NCBI GenBank assembly: GCA_951406725.2
Contig: OX597817.1
Location: 62,868,001-62,932,000 of the forward strand
DNA: 64,000 bases
Reading direction: 5' to 3'
DNA from: Octopus vulgaris
Taxonomy: Eukaryota
The notes below the pieces were generated by a model. That model did no database searches. It saw nothing but the letters and a program-made list of their open reading frames with translations, and had not been told where the DNA came from. Both the position numbers and the translations under genes were made by a program. Of the stretch, positions 26,535 to 39,704 are shown piece by piece; the first letter of the stretch is position 1, and each line of letters starts with the position of its first letter.

Positions 26535-26780
26535 ATTATTTAAGGGAATATTAATCCTAACATACAGGGAAAAAATTCAATTTAGAAATACTAAGTCAAA
26601 TTTCACACAATATAATATATATATATATATATATAAATTAGAAAAAAAAACACCTTTTATCAATTCAAAATGAACAATTAAATTACACCATCTAGAAAAT
26701 TATATGTAATAGAAATATTAAAATTAAAATAACAATAAAATACCAAAGATTAAGTAAATTGCAAAAAAATAATAAAAACG
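26535..26780 (+). repeat. Dispersed AT-rich repeat flanked by (TA)n; inverted copy at 58279-58550
   Basis: CCTTTTATCAATTCAAAATGAACAATTAAATTACACCATCTAGAAAATTA shared in opposite orientation. Confidence 0.8.
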
Positions 26781-26807
26781 TATATAATTTCCATAGACCA
26801 CTATAGC

Positions 26808-26854
<47 letters not shown>

Positions 26855-26867
26855 ATATATATGAATA

Positions 26868-27929
26868 AAAAATGGAGTTAACGTAGGTGTAAACAAATAT
26901 TTTTACTTTCAACACATGTTTCGAAAATTCCACTGATACTATTCAAAAGAATAAATGGTATAAACAATGCAATCTTCTCCTCAGGAAAGTGAAAAAAACG
27001 AAACTCGTCAATAAGACATTTTAGCAAAAAATGATGGATTTGTATAGCGATAGACAGAACGCTATTAATATTGTTTAAAAAAACGTTAAATGATATAACG
27101 TCATAAGTAGCTAACAGAAAGAGTAAGGATATTAATAGTGAATGTCAAATATAAAGGAAATTAAAGTTTAAATTATATATAATGATAGAGACTACTTATA
27201 TGCACTAAATGTATGTTTTTGCCAATGCTTACATCTGTATGCTCATTCTATAACTGTGTTTACTAGAGTATTTTTAGAAAAAATAATGAAAAATAGCTCA
27301 GAATTGCAGAGAAGACAGAATTTCTTGCCTTTGTCATATGGTATCGAAATTGAGAGGATCAACCATTCTAAATGAAATTGTTCATTGTGGTCTTTTAAAT
27401 CCCAAATCAGTTTGCTGAGACCGGTACTATTCCGTTTATTTCTATCCCTAAATGTTGAGTAATGGATAGAAATTTATTTTAGATAATTCTAACGATGTGC
27501 TTCCAATGTAAAATCGTACTTTATTACGAGTACTGATTATACACTGGTATATATAATTTTTAATCTTAGAGTTACTTGACATAAATTTAATTCTATTGGA
27601 ATTGACTTCAGATACAATAACCTTGTTATTAATATTTCTAGAGGGCTGGATGGTATTAGCTAAATTAATGTTAGTATTAGTAAATGTATTAATATTTAAC
27701 AGTTTGTTATTATGAGAAGATATAATTTGCAAGAGATTTTTTGTGTTTGAAAAACCTATCCTAACCTTATGTGAATTAATTATAGAGTAATATCTAGAAT
27801 TGTTTGGAAAATTCCTAGCAATAGCTTGACGAAACAGCAGTGGGAGATTAGATTTAATTTGTCTCCCGTAAGGAATTATTAACCAAATATTTTTATTAGT
27901 ATTCATAGCGTAATTACTTTTGAAGGTGT

Positions 27930-27930
<1 letters not shown>
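26868..27930 (-). mobile_element. Penelope-like (Naiad-type) element 3' fragment: GIY-YIG endonuclease, 3' UTR and hammerhead
   Basis: NYIYQC..FYIGST (GIY-YIG) and CLFC..CKH; clearly homologous to 63200-64000; frameshift and stop present. Confidence 0.9.
26905..26989 (-). ncRNA. Type I hammerhead in the Penelope 3' UTR (sense)
   Basis: ACTTTC-CTGAGGA-GAAGATT..AATTTTC-GAAAC-ATGT-GTT-GAAAGT; 6-bp stem I. Confidence 0.85.
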
Positions 27931-27963
<33 letters not shown>

Positions 27964-28182
27964 TGTATGTATGTATGTATGTATGTATGCATGCATATGT
28001 AGTAAAAATGACATTATTTACTAGATGTTTCATAATTTAATTTCTGAATTCCACAACGGTTTGAAAAGTTAAAATACAACGCACATCATCTATATAACTA
28101 ACTAAGAGATAAAACATCATAGTTAATTCCTTGAGAAATAAAAGTGAAATATGAAAATGGAAACACATATATATGAGGAATT

Positions 28183-28600
28183 TCAACCGTGTTTCGTGGT
28201 CTGCTACCACAACAGCTCCTTTATAGGATCCAGTTAGCTCAAGACATCATCAGGAGGGACCACGTCCGGTTTCGGCCCCTACTCCTCTACCGAGGCAAAT
28301 GTTCCAGCTCTGGTGTTGAGTGCATGTCTTCTTTCTTCTGTTCCCTGGCCTCTTCGATGTAGCATCAACGAGTGTCAGCGGGCGACTGACTGTATGGTGA
28401 AATTTAGCTTTAAATATCAGGTCATTCTTAGTGATACTGGTAACATATAATCCAATGCAACCTTTCGCATAATCGGGCCGTCGGTTACTAAATACTACAA
28501 AGTGAGCTCGATAAGGGATGAGGGTGGCTTCGTTGGATACTTTGCAGGATGATAAACAAAACCTGTCAAAGTGTAAAATCAATAAAGTTCACGACCATCC
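28183..28600 (-). mobile_element. Highly decayed Penelope-like 3' end with hammerhead-like motif
   Basis: TC-CTGATGA..ACCAC-GAAAC-ACG-GTT-GA at 28183-28255; upstream YRAH..F..R and WNICL weakly resemble a GIY-YIG C-terminus. Confidence 0.4.
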
Positions 28601-31055
28601 AACAACTGTGAGTGAGAAACCCATTGTCTAGCAGAAGAAAATTCTGAAATAATACTCAACCCATTGCGATCTTAATTGTTTCTAAACTACTTGGTGTTCT
28701 AGGTGAGAGTTTATACGGTCCTTTGCAAGCTGTTATTGATTTAAAATTTCAGCACGTTCATTGCTAACAGCCATTTTCTTTCAACATCTCGGATAAAATA
28801 ATTTGTCAAAGATTGTTATACTCGTCTACGAGCTGACAATCATCATGTATGTATGTATGTATGTATGTATGTATGTATGTATGTATGTATGTATGTATGT
28901 ATGTATGTATGATTTGTTTCTTCTTTGAGTTTTTTTTAAGTTCTTCTTAAGAGAATTCAAGCCGCTTGCTAACAAAGCTACAAGACTTCTAGAGTTAAGA
29001 GAGTTCTCTGTGTTTGTGAATATGTGGTTAACTTGGTGTCTTGAGCTGTCTTACAAATCTTCATTGTGCCGCTAATAGATTGGACTTGAAGTAACCGCGC
29101 CAGTCTATTTTGAAGTTTCTCGGAAAAGCCAAGTATATCTAAGCCTTTGTATAACTTAGTTGATACTTAGCCAAATACATCTATGATAATACGTAAAAAT
29201 GGGGATTTATAGTCAGACTAATGATTTCTACGTACGTGACATTTCGTTATGCAATCATAATATACTATAAAGTATATTAAATGAGTTTATAAGTCAATAT
29301 CACGTTCTACTGCTTTAGCAATGCTTTTTACATTGTTTTTCTAAGAGTGTCTACCGATGTTTTATAGAAATTATAGCTAGCACTGATACGAAACGTAGCA
29401 AAAATTAGTGCTGGCTATAATTTCTACAGAATATCTGTAGAAATAACCATAAAAAAAATTATAGACAGAGTACAAGAACTGTAAGTTCCGCATTAATTCA
29501 CCATAAATGTTCTTTTTTTTACTCAACTTCACATCGACGGGGCGGTTAATATATACAACGATGCAAGACTTTTGTTCTCTATACCAAAGAACAATGCCAA
29601 GTCCGTTATGTTTGCTCCGAATTACTGTTTTTATTGGAGTGTTCCGCTAGAATTCCTTTTTAAAGGTGAAGATATATGCTGGTTCTGACATGTCTCTGAT
29701 GTATACGTCAAGGCAATCCTTCCTGCACATAGCAAACTACATCAGTGCCTAAGGGGCAGTTAGTATGTCTGTCTGTCTGCCTGTATGTATGTATGTATGT
29801 ATGTATGTATGTATGTATGTATGTATGTATGTATGCATGCATGTATGTATGTATGTATGTATGTATGTATGTGTGTATGTATGTATGTGTGTATACAGGT
29901 GTGTGCGGGCGCGAGCTCGCTTATGTATTTATATACGTATGTATGTATTATCTTCACCCAACTTTGGCTCTTAAAAATCTTCGTCCGTTATCTCTCTGAC
30001 AACTGAGTAATGTTCAAATATAATTTAACTTCAAGGGAACATTGGTCAGTGTATATGATACATCATAAGATTCACCTGCTCATACGCATTGAGGTATCCA
30101 TGTGATTCACTTATTTAAACAATACACTCCATTGCCAATTTTAAGATTTACATTCGCTTCTGAGAAGGCACACTACAATACAAACGTGTCTGACCAAGAA
30201 GTGACTTATCTTTCCTTCACTTAAACACTGTACAAATGTAAGCTTACAAAAGCCTTTGATGTATCTGAAACATTTAGGCTACCTTCCCTCAATTCTACCA
30301 ATCCTAGAAATAAAACGAGAGTATAAATTTTCTGTTGGGCACCCAAGATCTACTACTAATTTTCTTTTATATCGACTCACTACGACACATGGTTAGGCAA
30401 ATTTTTATAACATGCCTTGTGTCTCCAAGCAATCTGAATGCTATGATTATATGGTTAGTACTATTTGAAAATCAGAACGCTGGTACATGAGAACCATGAG
30501 AAAAAAACGAGAAGGCTCATGCTAAAAAGTAGAATAAGACGAGTGAAGTAAAACGGAGAAAGAAAAGAAAATTAGTTACGTCCCCTTCGACCATAGAAGT
30601 CTTAATTAAACTAGTTGTCGTACCACAATTACACAGAAAGTGGTTCAAAATCTGCGAGACAACTACTCCGTAGAGGGTGACATCATCCAGTTCGCCAAAG
30701 GAAATTTGTCGATAAGCTTGCATTGACTGCAAATTTCAGATCTTGAATTCAGTGTGTGGAGGAATTTTTGGATCTAAAAAGAAATATGCGATTCTTCAGC
30801 AACGCATAATTTGCATTTCTTAGATCCATTTACATAAGGCATGGATTTCTCCATAGTTTTTCACTTGATTGTATGTGGTGTGCAGTTGGTCTTCAAAATC
30901 TATACGTGGCTAACCAACTTTGATGATTTACTTTTGCCGATGTGGCACAAAAAAAGATTGCATCAAATATATGAACTTTACAAGTTGCTCTTGCTTTCAT
31001 ATAAAGCTCCCGATTCATGGAATAAACATTCAAACATATAACAAGGAACAACATC

Positions 31056-31120
<65 letters not shown>

Positions 31121-31385
31121 TCTGTATGTATGTATGTGTTACGAGGTGAAAATGTAGTATTGCATAGTGTGTGTCTGTGTGTGGGTGCGTGTATACATTC
31201 CTTTATATAGTGCGTATTTGTCTGGATATATATGTATGTATGTATCTACCTGTCTATCAATTTAGCAATCTATCTAGCCATATATATATATATATTCGTA
31301 TGCATACATAGCTATATATATGTTTATATGTATATGTATATATATATATATGTGTGTGTGTGGTGTGTGTGTGTGTGTGTATGTA

Positions 31386-31930
<545 letters not shown>

Positions 31931-32502
31931 AGCACATAAAACTTCTTTCTCAAAAGAAACACTAATATATCATTCCATACCCATAAATAGAAAAAATGAA
32001 ACATAAATTCTCTTTAAATCAACAATGTAACCTAAACAATAATAGAAATATATTGTATGGAGAAACAAAATTAACAAGTGATAATTAAAATAAGGTGCAA
32101 TTAGATGACACAAAGATTGATACACTCCTCCACAGCCCTACGTATTTTTTTTTTTTTTAGTTAATTAAATGTAATTAGACTGACTTTCAGAAACTCTGAA
32201 ACTCTGAAGAACGAAGAGACAGTGAGAGAAAAAAGAAATAATTGATGCGATTCCATTCCATATATGAATCTAATTGGCCTAAATTCAGGCTTTCAAAGAA
32301 TTTACGTTTTGTTATGTACGCGTTTCTGTATATTTCTTTCAATAGATTTGTAAGAAAAAAACCTAAAATTTTATTTTGAATTTGTCCTAAATCCATAATT
32401 AATTTCTGTAAAATTGTTTGACATCATTTCTTATTGTTACTGTAAGTTGAAATTCCATCTGCCTTTTTTCTTTAGTGTATGTATATTTGTGTGTGTAGAT
32501 AA

Positions 32503-32590
<88 letters not shown>

Positions 32591-32654
32591 GTAGGTAGAT
32601 TGGTAGATAGATAGATAGATAGATAGATAGATATATAGATTGATTGATAGATAA

Positions 32655-32719
<65 letters not shown>

Positions 32720-32948
32720 CAGATAGATAGATATGAATATAGTTATAAATACAGCCGTGTATGTGTGCGTCTTCATGTATGCAGATATACACACATATAC
32801 ACAACCTGAGGGATGCTAAACTATACCACATTTGCTTTTGTTTGGAGATTTTGTTCCTTTACCACTACTTTACTGTACTTTCAATGACCCCCCTAATCTC
32901 TCTCTCTGTTACTTTCTCTCTCACTCTCTCTCACTCTATATATACATC

Positions 32949-33003
<55 letters not shown>

Positions 33004-33109
33004 CAGCAAAATTTCAGCAAAATTTAGATTCAGATGGATATGGTACTTAAGTCAAAGGCACCAGAATTTTGTATGGTATTATCCATATAAATCAAATGGG
33101 GTGATTATA

Positions 33110-33280
33110 ATCAAAATAAGCAACAAGTATATCCAAGGTAGAGTAGTACAATTGTTTCGTGCTACTTCATTTTATTAAACACTGTAAGTATTACATCAGT
33201 TTTAAAATGTCGAGCAATCTTCAGCCACGTGGCTTTAAACAATTGTACTACTCTACCTTGGATATACTTGTTGTTTATTT

Positions 33281-33284
<4 letters not shown>
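33110..33284. repeat. 48-bp inverted repeat enclosing a hammerhead
   Basis: Arms 33110-33157 and 33237-33284 with one mismatch; the right arm abuts (TA)n. Confidence 0.9.
33143..33228 (-). ncRNA. Type I hammerhead ribozyme motif
   Basis: GTGG-CTGAAGA-TTGCT..AGCAC-GAAAC-AATT-GTA-CTAC; palindromic stem III ACAATTGT. Confidence 0.8.
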
Positions 33285-33362
<78 letters not shown>

Positions 33363-33365
<3 letters not shown>

Positions 33366-33748
33366 AGAGCCTGAGGCCATGCTGGTGCACAGCCTTTACT
33401 GCATCCGGGGATTTTTCCAGTATTGTTTCTGGTGAAGAAGTGAGTTGGACGTTGCCGCTCTTCTTTGTACTTCTTGTCGCGATCTGGGTACATCCACGGT
33501 TCGTATCCTCGATGATAGTACCTTTGGTACTCTGAAGTACCCTCCAAATCGGTGATTGTTTTAGAATTTGATTCCGAAATTTGGAGCTAGACCCTCCATT
33601 ATTTTCCATATGTAAAGCTTTGCATATCTCTCACGTCTCCTCTCCGGGGCGTAGAGTCCCAGTTCTTTCAACCTCTCTCAGTAGCCCATGTGTTTTACTG
33701 AATCTATATTCTTAGTGTAGTGACGTTGGATCGCCTCTACTTCCGCAA
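33363..33748 (-). mobile_element. CR1/L2-group LINE 3' remnant
   Basis: AEVEAIQRHYTKNIDSVKHMGY*ERLKELGLYAPEERRERYAKLYIWKIMEGLAPN. Confidence 0.75.
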
Positions 33749-34379
33749 AAGTTTAAATATTCCCGCTACAGGTCTTTTATAACGGTGAATTATTATCGCC
33801 CGCACAATCGTAACAGATATTATTAATCATATATATATATATATATATATATGGCGACTTTGAGTTTGCTCAATTGAAAGGCATGGCCTGTAGGGAAAAA
33901 TTCCTCATCTTTTAAAATGTGGCCCGCGTAGACCCGAATGAAATCGGGTTATAATACCGAAACACGTAAAACAATAGATAAACCATTTTAATCCCGAGCA
34001 AGGCTGGGTATATCTGTCTAATCTATAAAATGAAGAAGGCAAACGTTGATACAAATTGGATTTTTATGTAAAAAGAGGTCTAAATGGGGCTGGAAGGGGA
34101 TTAAAATATAAGGGGGTAACATGAAGTGAGAAATTGATTGGGAGACGTTTTGGGGCGCTACAGTGGTTGCTTTGGTATGAAAACGGGGATTTCATTGTTT
34201 TTTAGGGACACTTGGGGGTCTATATTGGACACTTTTTGCCCGATTTCAATCCAATTTTCAACGTGGTAAAGTGGAAGCGAGTTTGTAATTTAAGCGCGGA
34301 AATCTAAAATTTTATACATGGGAGAGAGAGAGATAGATAGATAAAAGTAGAGAGTAAGAGAAAGCGAGGGAGAGTCCGA

Positions 34380-34775
34380 GAGAACCGCTAAGTAATTTTG
34401 TCGATCTCCTTTGACGAAACGCTAAGCTATTTTATCGATAACATTTGGCGAACCGCTAAGATATTTGATCGATCACGTTTGCCAAATCGCTTATTCTATT
34501 ATCAATGCAGTTTGGCGAACCGCTAGGTTATTTTATCGATCACGTTTGGCGAAACGCTAAGTTTTTTATAGATCATGTTTGGCGAACCGCTAAGTTATTT
34601 TATCGAGGTCTTTTGGCGAGCCCGTTTGGCGAACCCGTCTTTTTTCGATCCCGTTTGGCGAACCCGTCTTTTTTCGATCCCGTTTGGCGAACCGTTACGT
34701 CATTTTATCGATCACGTTTGGCAAAGCGCTTATTCTATTATCGATCACGTTTGGCGACCCGCTAACTTATTTTAT
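34380..34775 (+). repeat. Minisatellite of roughly 28-35-bp units
   Basis: Consensus approximately CGATCACGTTTGGCGAACCGCTAAGTTATTTTAT, about 12 degenerate units. Confidence 0.9.
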
Positions 34776-35437
34776 CATTTTATTATTTTATTTATATTTT
34801 AAATAAATATTGTTTAATTCTATTTGCGCATTTATTTAACTATTATAGTTAACCTGAATATTGACTATAATGTATTTCAATTGAATTTAAGCTTAATTGT
34901 AATTCGAATTTACTTGTAGCCATGAAACGTACGTAGTTTTTCTTACTTAATATATATTGATCATTCATTTTTATACTTTTTGAATATGTTTTAAAAAGAT
35001 ATATTTTATTTGTTATTTATGTTTTGGTTTATGTCTATCACTGAGTTGCATAATTGTGGTTTTATCTGTAATTTATATTTTATATATTTACATTGTGAAA
35101 TTTGATTTAATACTACATTGAAGCTTTCTTTGCAAGTTTGGAGTTATACTCCCAATTAAAATTATATACATATATAGATACATACGTATACCTACATACA
35201 TGTATATGTATATACAGATGCGCACTCTTCTATCTTTCTATCTCTTCCCTGTCTATCTATCGCCCTCTCTTGTTCTTCTTCCTTTCTGTTTTTCTCTCCC
35301 CCCTTTCCCTACTCTTCTCTTCCTTTCACCGTTACCTCTCTCTCTCTCCTCTCACTCTTCCTCCTTGACTCTCTCGTCGCTGACACACACACACACACAC
35401 ATATATATATATGTGTGTGTGTCTCTGTGTGTGTGTG

Positions 35438-35488
<51 letters not shown>

Positions 35489-35505
35489 GTACATATATGT
35501 ATGTA

Positions 35506-35690
35506 TGTATGCATATATTTTATTTATTACACTATTGTATGACTGAGCGCCCTCGAGTCGATTCGACTCGATTCGTTTCGTTTCGTTTCGTTTCTTCTTC
35601 TTCTCTAAGCCAGTTTTTATTTATAATTATGACGCGATACTCTATTACTCTTTCTTCTCTCTTTATTTCACCCTCTTTGACTTCCTTCCC

Positions 35691-35744
<54 letters not shown>

Positions 35745-36435
35745 TCCTCATCTCTCTCACATCCGGGTCGATAAACGTCCTTTCGTTGGCGGCCTGCTTC
35801 AAGTAAACATGTTTCTTCTACGCTGGGGAAATTTTCCTTCGTCTAAGCCTATAGGCCCTTATTGCTTGTTTTCCTGTCCTGTTTTTATTCCTTCTTGTAC
35901 TGTATTTTTTTGTAATTGTATTTTTATTTTTGTATTTGTTTTAACTGTATTGTTTTTACGTCCTGTTTTTGTCACAATTTTTTTTCCTTGTTTTTGCCCC
36001 TCTGCGAAGGATTTTTATTTAATTCCTTCGCAGGAAGGATTAGTTCAACGAGACGTGTCCTGTCCTACCTTCGAAACACGCTGGAGTTGAACTAGGGACA
36101 GCTGATGAAGGCGATTTTTCCTGTGTAGTTTGTCTTGTACCCTGTTTTTTCGTTGTTTAAAAGAATGGTCCGTTCCCTGCTTGTTTTTACTTTTTCGTTT
36201 TCGTTTTTCGTTTTTTGTTTCTCGTTTAGTTCTACGTCTAATTGTGGTGTCCTGTACTCACGTATATATATTTATATATGCATGTATATATACATATATA
36301 CATGTAGATGTAGGTACATACATATATGTATTATGTATGCATATATTTTATTTATTACACTATTGTATGACTGAGCGCCCTCGCGTCGATTCGATACGAT
36401 TCGTTTCGTTTCGTTTCTTCTTCTTCTCTAAGCCA

Positions 36436-36441
<6 letters not shown>
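35506..36441 (+). mobile_element. Element with roughly 110-bp direct terminal repeats (pseudo-LTR-like) carrying a permuted hammerhead
   Basis: TGTATGCATATATTTTATTTATTACACTATTGTATGACTGAGCGCCCTCG..CTAAGCCAGTTTT at about 35506-35618 and 36334-36441; flanked by (TA)n. Confidence 0.7.
36041..36122 (+). ncRNA. Candidate strand-permuted (pseudoknotted) hammerhead
   Basis: CGTGT-C-CTGTCC-TA-CCTTC-GAA-ACACG-(15 nt)-GGACAG-CTGATGA-AGG; stem III 5/5 and stem I 6/6 paired. Confidence 0.6.
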
Positions 36442-36524
<83 letters not shown>

Positions 36525-36576
36525 CGTTGGCGATTTTTTCCTCCGTCTTCAGTTCTCTGGATCTTTCCTTTTCCTA

Positions 36577-36613
36577 CGTTTCTGACGAAGAGCTTCGCTC
36601 GAAACGTAAAGTC
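36577..36613 (+). ncRNA. Minimal type I hammerhead motif
   Basis: GTTT-CTGACGA-A-GAGC(TTC)GCTC-GAAAC-GTA-AAGT; lies within a repeat (36520-36715) that has an inverted homolog at 42607-42820. Confidence 0.85.
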
Positions 36614-36711
36614 TTCCTTCTTCCCTTCCTTCCTGAGCGTCCAATAATACTATATTTGTTCCACGCCCTCGCGTTGTTGTGTTTTCTCTTTGTGTTTTCA
36701 TGTTTGGATTA

Positions 36712-36746
<35 letters not shown>

Positions 36747-36767
36747 CCTATATATATATTGCATTTA

Positions 36768-37220
36768 TAAGATGGGCTGCAGAAAAGTTCCGGGTTAGGT
36801 TAAAAGAAATTACAGGATGACCAGTTAATTATGATTTTATTCAACATATTTCCTGTTCAGATTCATACTCTCTATTGCCACAGTTCTTTAAATTTTCAAA
36901 GTCCTGTAAGAGAACTCGGAAGTTTGAACCTGCAAACAAACATTTCGCGGGTCCCTTAAAGCAATGAACTTTTCAGCATACCCTCATAGTTACATGTTCA
37001 CGCTGGTGTGAAGACGACACTCTTCCGATTTGCAAATTCTGGACATTCTCATCAATTGTCTATTTAACGGGTCTAATTAAGAACAATAATTTAATTAAAA
37101 TTCCAAATTTTACGGAAGGAGCTTGGGATTCACAATCCCCTTTCAGTTCAACCATATAAAGATCATCACATTTTTCGGATACTGATACGGATATCCGGCA
37201 ACATCCGATAGTTTGGTCGA
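36768..37220. mobile_element. Possible decayed mariner-like remnant
   Basis: Terminus-like ..GAAAAGTTCC.. followed by TTTTATTCAACATA; no intact ORF. Confidence 0.3.
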
Positions 37221-37270
37221 CCATGTGATCGCATGATATGTACTTATATCTATATATATATATATATATA

Positions 37271-37928
37271 TATAAATTTAAAAATAGGATAAAATCTTTA
37301 TAAGAAATTATCAGTAGTTAGCGCGAAAAACCTCGGTACAATTTGTACAATTGGTACAATTTGTTTATTTTAGTAGTTTTGACTGCAAAAGACCCTCCTA
37401 GCGTGTGGTACCTATTAATAATAGTACCCTCTATATAATATAAATAAATATTTTCAAAGTTGAAAAAATTTACAGATTTTTTCTCTTACGAGGTTTTTCA
37501 CGCTAACTACTGATAATTTCTTATAAAGATTTTATCCTATTTTTAGATTTATATTTTTCACCGGAATAGCTCAATACTGAATTTTTGTTCCGAGTAGGCA
37601 AGTTGTTACCGAAATGCATTGCGAAAAAGCCCGCCATTTTCATAGATATGTAAAGATAAACATTCGTACATGCTGCGTCGAATTCTACGGTTGGTTGTCG
37701 GGTATGTGATGTTTTTTTTCTTATATGTCTTGAGTTCGTTGCACTGAAGAGCATAGAATGCATATTCTGCATTGATTGCGAAATCACATGTGATATGTAA
37801 CTAAATTCTGTTTTTAAATGACTCGCTTTGAAGTTTTGCATTCGGTAAAATTTGTTTATTTTAGTAGTTTTGACTGCAAAAGTCCCTCCTAGCGTGCGGT
37901 ACCTATGAATAATAGTACCCTCTATATA

Positions 37929-37935
<7 letters not shown>
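37271..37935. repeat. Rearranged Penelope-end-like repeat with 65-bp inverted arms and an 85-bp direct repeat
   Basis: Inverted arms 37271-37335 / 37489-37553; direct repeat at about 37360-37446 / 37850-37936; HHR-like CTGAAGA-GCA..TGC-GAAAT at 37744-37790 with a decayed cleavage triplet. Confidence 0.8.
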
Positions 37936-37967
<32 letters not shown>

Positions 37968-38044
37968 AATGTGTGTATATATATATATATATATGTATAT
38001 AGATGGTAAGATATATATTCTGTATATATATATACATCTATGTA

Positions 38045-38086
<42 letters not shown>

Positions 38087-38206
38087 TTTTCCCTTGTTAA
38101 CAATTCACACGGAAAAAATAGATAAATAGTTACCAAGGTAGCAAAACAAAATAGTTTTATATATATATAAATACATATATTCATATATATATAGATATAT
38201 ATATTT

Positions 38207-38239
<33 letters not shown>

Positions 38240-38422
38240 CTATATTTATAAATGTGTATATGTAAATATGCAAATATATATGTATGTATATATATATATA
38301 TATATCAAATTAATAATAAAAGGGTAAAATTAATTAATTAAATTAATTAATCAATCAATCAATTAGTTTATAATTTTACCAAGTAGATCGGTTCGTTAAA
38401 ATAACTTTTTTAGGTAAAATTA

Positions 38423-38671
38423 TACAAATAATTTATAATTATAAACATGATTATAAGTAGGAGTCAGCTGATTGCTTCACCACATACCGAATGGGAGACG
38501 TATTGATTCATTATTTTTCTTTTTGCTTACGTAAAAAAGTGTGTTACTGTCTGGGAGATACTTTTGGTAGTAGAAAATGAATTTTTAAACTCCTATTTCT
38601 AAATTCTGTATGTGCTGAAGCAGTTAGCTGACCCCTAATTACAATTATGTTAATATTTATAAATTATTTGT

Positions 38672-38672
<1 letters not shown>
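38423..38672. repeat. Imperfect inverted repeat ending in (TA)n
   Basis: TACAAATAATTTATAA..GTCAGCTGATTGCTTCA versus TGAAGCAGTTAGCTGAC..TTATAAATTATTTGTA. Confidence 0.75.
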
Positions 38673-38734
<62 letters not shown>

Positions 38735-38744
38735 GTGTGTATAC

Positions 38745-38795
<51 letters not shown>

Positions 38796-38800
<5 letters not shown>

Positions 38801-39021
38801 ATATTTCGGAATGGTCATTTTGCCAGTTTAGTAATAAAAACACACGCACTATATATTTGGTGTTATTTTGCTTCAGTGTTATTTATTTTTTACATTAATC
38901 TTAATCTTAGTGCGTGTGTTTTTATTGGCTAAACTGGCAAAATGACCATTCCGAAATATAACAATATCTGTTTCAACACACGACTTCACATAAAAAATCT
39001 TGCACAACAAATATTTAAACG

Positions 39022-39022
<1 letters not shown>
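38796..39022. repeat. Fold-back copy of the 11165 family between (TA)n tracts
   Basis: Arms at about 38796-38851 and 38908-38965 are near-perfect complements. Confidence 0.9.
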
Positions 39023-39052
<30 letters not shown>

Positions 39053-39151
39053 GTATGTATGAATGTATCTATGTGTGTGTGTGTGTGTATGTATATAACA
39101 GATATATGTATATAGTAGTCATGCTGGACTGCTGAAATCTACACTTTTTTT

Positions 39152-39189
<38 letters not shown>

Positions 39190-39318
39190 CTCTCTCTGTT
39201 TATCTTCTCTTATCCCTTCCTGTTGAAGAGCGTAGGTTCCAAACGTAAAAGAATTTTACATTTTCCCAAGCGTTAATCCAATACACTTGTTTCTCTTTTG
39301 TTTTTCTATAAATTTCAA

Positions 39319-39408
<90 letters not shown>

Positions 39409-39448
39409 AAATCTCAGAGCGAGTTATAAACAGTAGCGGTAGCACATC

Positions 39449-39704
39449 GTGACGCATATTTGCCATTTGAATATGGCTAACCCCTAAGGGTGGATGCTAC
39501 TGTAGTTTGTAGCCCCAGAAAGATGATAGGTAAACACCTTGAAACTCGAGTCCGTGTGTATCATGAGTTGAAGACGGGGAGGAAAATACTGAGAGGGCAC
39601 AGATAGTGTGTCTATAGCCAGCTGGAGGAGATATCTTCCTGGGGCTACAAACTACAGTAGCATCCACCCTTAGGGGTTAGCCATATTCAAATGGCAAATA
39701 TGCG

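Noticed and set aside
34380-34775. CRISPR-like array
   Set aside because: Inter-repeat segments are related to each other rather than unique spacers; no cas genes; eukaryotic context.
35200-36090. 296-aa ORF
   Set aside because: Low-complexity pyrimidine-rich and microsatellite sequence with no domain signature.
36546-36568. Minus-strand GAAA..CTGAAGA as a fourth permuted hammerhead
   Set aside because: Spacing is too short, there is no stem I or III pairing, and it is not conserved in the homologous copy near 42760.
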